NCBI GenBank assembly: GCA_003246755.1
Contig: QKDC01000094.1
Coordinates: 11,139 to 75,138 of the forward strand
Source of the DNA: Gemmatimonadota bacterium
GTDB lineage: Bacteria; Gemmatimonadota; Gemmatimonadetes; Gemmatimonadales; GWC2-71-9
Length of the DNA: 64,000 nucleotides
Reading direction: 5' to 3'
Shown here: in pieces, positions 63,210-64,000 of the stretch
Layout of the letters: every line of letters begins with the position of its first letter
How positions within the stretch are numbered: the first letter of the stretch is position 1
The notes under the pieces: generated by a model
What the model saw: only the letters and a program-made list of their open reading frames with translations
Database searches by the model: none
What the model was told of the DNA's origin: nothing
Program-made: the position numbers and the translations under genes

Positions 63210-64000
63210 TGTTCCTCTCGTTGCTCGGGTTGCTCCGGCTGATCCGGAGGTACAGTCGGGCGGGAGAATCGAGTGAGCGTTCGTTCACCGCCGCGGAACC
63301 CTTCGACGATCGTCTCCTCGACGACCGGCGGGCGGGCTGTGACCGTCGTGCGTCGCCAGTTCGGGTTACTGGCCAGCGCGCTCGCGGGGCGCAGGTTGCC
63401 GAAAAGAGCCCCGGATCGAACGCCAAGGGTTTGGACCTCGAGGGTGTCGAGGGCGTTTCGCAACGTCAACTGAATCCGTCCTTGATTGGCCGCCAGGGTC
63501 AGCGTCTCGGCCTGCTCGGGGGTCACCAGGAGGGTGACGACGGGAACCTGCTGTGGGGCACCTTGGGCATCGATCTGGATCGATTGGCCGGCCGCCAGCG
63601 TCTGAATGTTCTGCAGGATGGACTTGGTCGTTGGATCGGTCACACCCGTCGTCGGCTGCATCGTGAGGAGCACGTCGACCCGGGTTCCGGGGACAACGAA
63701 TCCCGCCACCCCCATGACATCGTCCACTCGAATACTCAGGGCCCGCATGCCGTCCTCGATCAGCGTCGGGAGACCTCCACCGAGTCCTCGGGGCGCAAGC
63801 TTGCTCTCGAGAAAGGGCTCGTTCAACCGCACGGTCGCGAGGACGCCCCGGCCAATCACGTTCTCACGGGCACTCGCCAGGCCGGCAGGGACCGCATTAC
63901 CAGGCCACTCGACGAGCCGAACGTCCTGCTCGGTGACAATGGTACCCACGGGAAGATCGCGGGCGGCAACCACCGCCCGCCCCGCGACCACCGTGGGATT
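63206..64000 (-). CDS. cpaB: Flp pilus assembly protein CpaB (5' end outside the window)
   Basis: SAF domain VAARDLPVGTIVTEQDV, then an RcpC/CpaB domain GMRALSIRVDDVMGVAGFVVPGTRVDVLLT. The reading frame stays open to the window edge. 4-nt overlap with cpaC. Confidence 0.78.
   Translation of the reverse strand, partial: NPTVVAGRAVVAARDLPVGTIVTEQDVRLVEWPGNAVPAGLASARENVIGRGVLATVRLNEPFLESKLAPRGLGGGLPTLIEDGMRALSIRVDDVMGVAGFVVPGTRVDVLLTMQPTTGVTDPTTKSILQNIQTLAAGQSIQIDAQGAPQQVPVVTLLVTPEQAETLTLAANQGRIQLTLRNALDTLEVQTLGVRSGALFGNLRPASALASNPNWRRTTVTARPPVVEETIVEGFRGGERTLTRFSRPTVPPDQPEQPEQREEQ

Noticed and set aside
1-64000. Search for CRISPR arrays, tRNA/rRNA genes, transposases, integrases, prophage or toxin-antitoxin/defence-island signatures
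   Set aside because: Coding density leaves no non-coding gap longer than about 160 nt. I saw no spaced direct repeats, no cloverleaf-capable spacer and no recombinase-like translation in any frame. This is a by-eye scan, so short ncRNAs cannot be excluded.

Overview
GC-rich bacterial chromosomal segment with strong G/C preference at third codon positions and very short or overlapping gene junctions. By gene content it may come from a Gemmatimonadota/Acidobacteriota-like organism; this is a guess, not a computed result. I support about 59 protein-coding genes. I found no rRNA, tRNA, CRISPR array, transposase, integrase or phage genes. Apart from ParB, I see no classical transcription factor.

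Layout:
- 1-25.8 kb: a dense set of secreted or periplasmic peptide and amide hydrolases (esterase, Tat-exported M24, amidase, two amidohydrolases, GGT, two M20 enzymes, S9A prolyl oligopeptidase, S41, D-aminoacylase). DNA-alkylation repair genes (an HhH-GPD glycosylase and an ATL protein) and an AlaX-L editing protein are mixed in.
- 25.8-42.6 kb: stress and transport genes (MsrB, CBS, VOC, a heparinase II/III-like protein, YfiT/DinB, two MscS channels, a second GGT, NhaP, MFS, ArsC, MATE).
- 42.6-51.6 kb: an uninterrupted minus-strand gene train, parA-parB-M23 peptidase-bactofilin-BMP binding protein-NIF3-ABC ATPase-2 permeases-SDR.
- 51.6-53.6 kb: a perfect parS site and mnmG, with no rsmG.
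- 53.7-64.0 kb: a Tad/Flp pilus operon (cpaB, partial, then cpaC, tadG-like, cpaE/tadZ, cpaF, tadB, tadC). Three non-canonical genes are fused to its 3' end.

Best candidates for something undescribed:
- the DUF192 / AAA+ ATPase / bitopic repeat-protein tail of the tad operon;
- the morphogenetic bactofilin-M23 pair and a NIF3-containing nucleoside-type ABC importer fused into the parAB operon;
- a secreted protein with PHM/DBH-like copper-site spacing, translationally coupled to a YfiT-type thiol transferase;
- an ATL (PWHRV) protein coupled to an uncharacterised Zn-ribbon membrane protein and AlaX-L.

All functional calls rest on motifs I recognise by eye in the translations. No database search was run.
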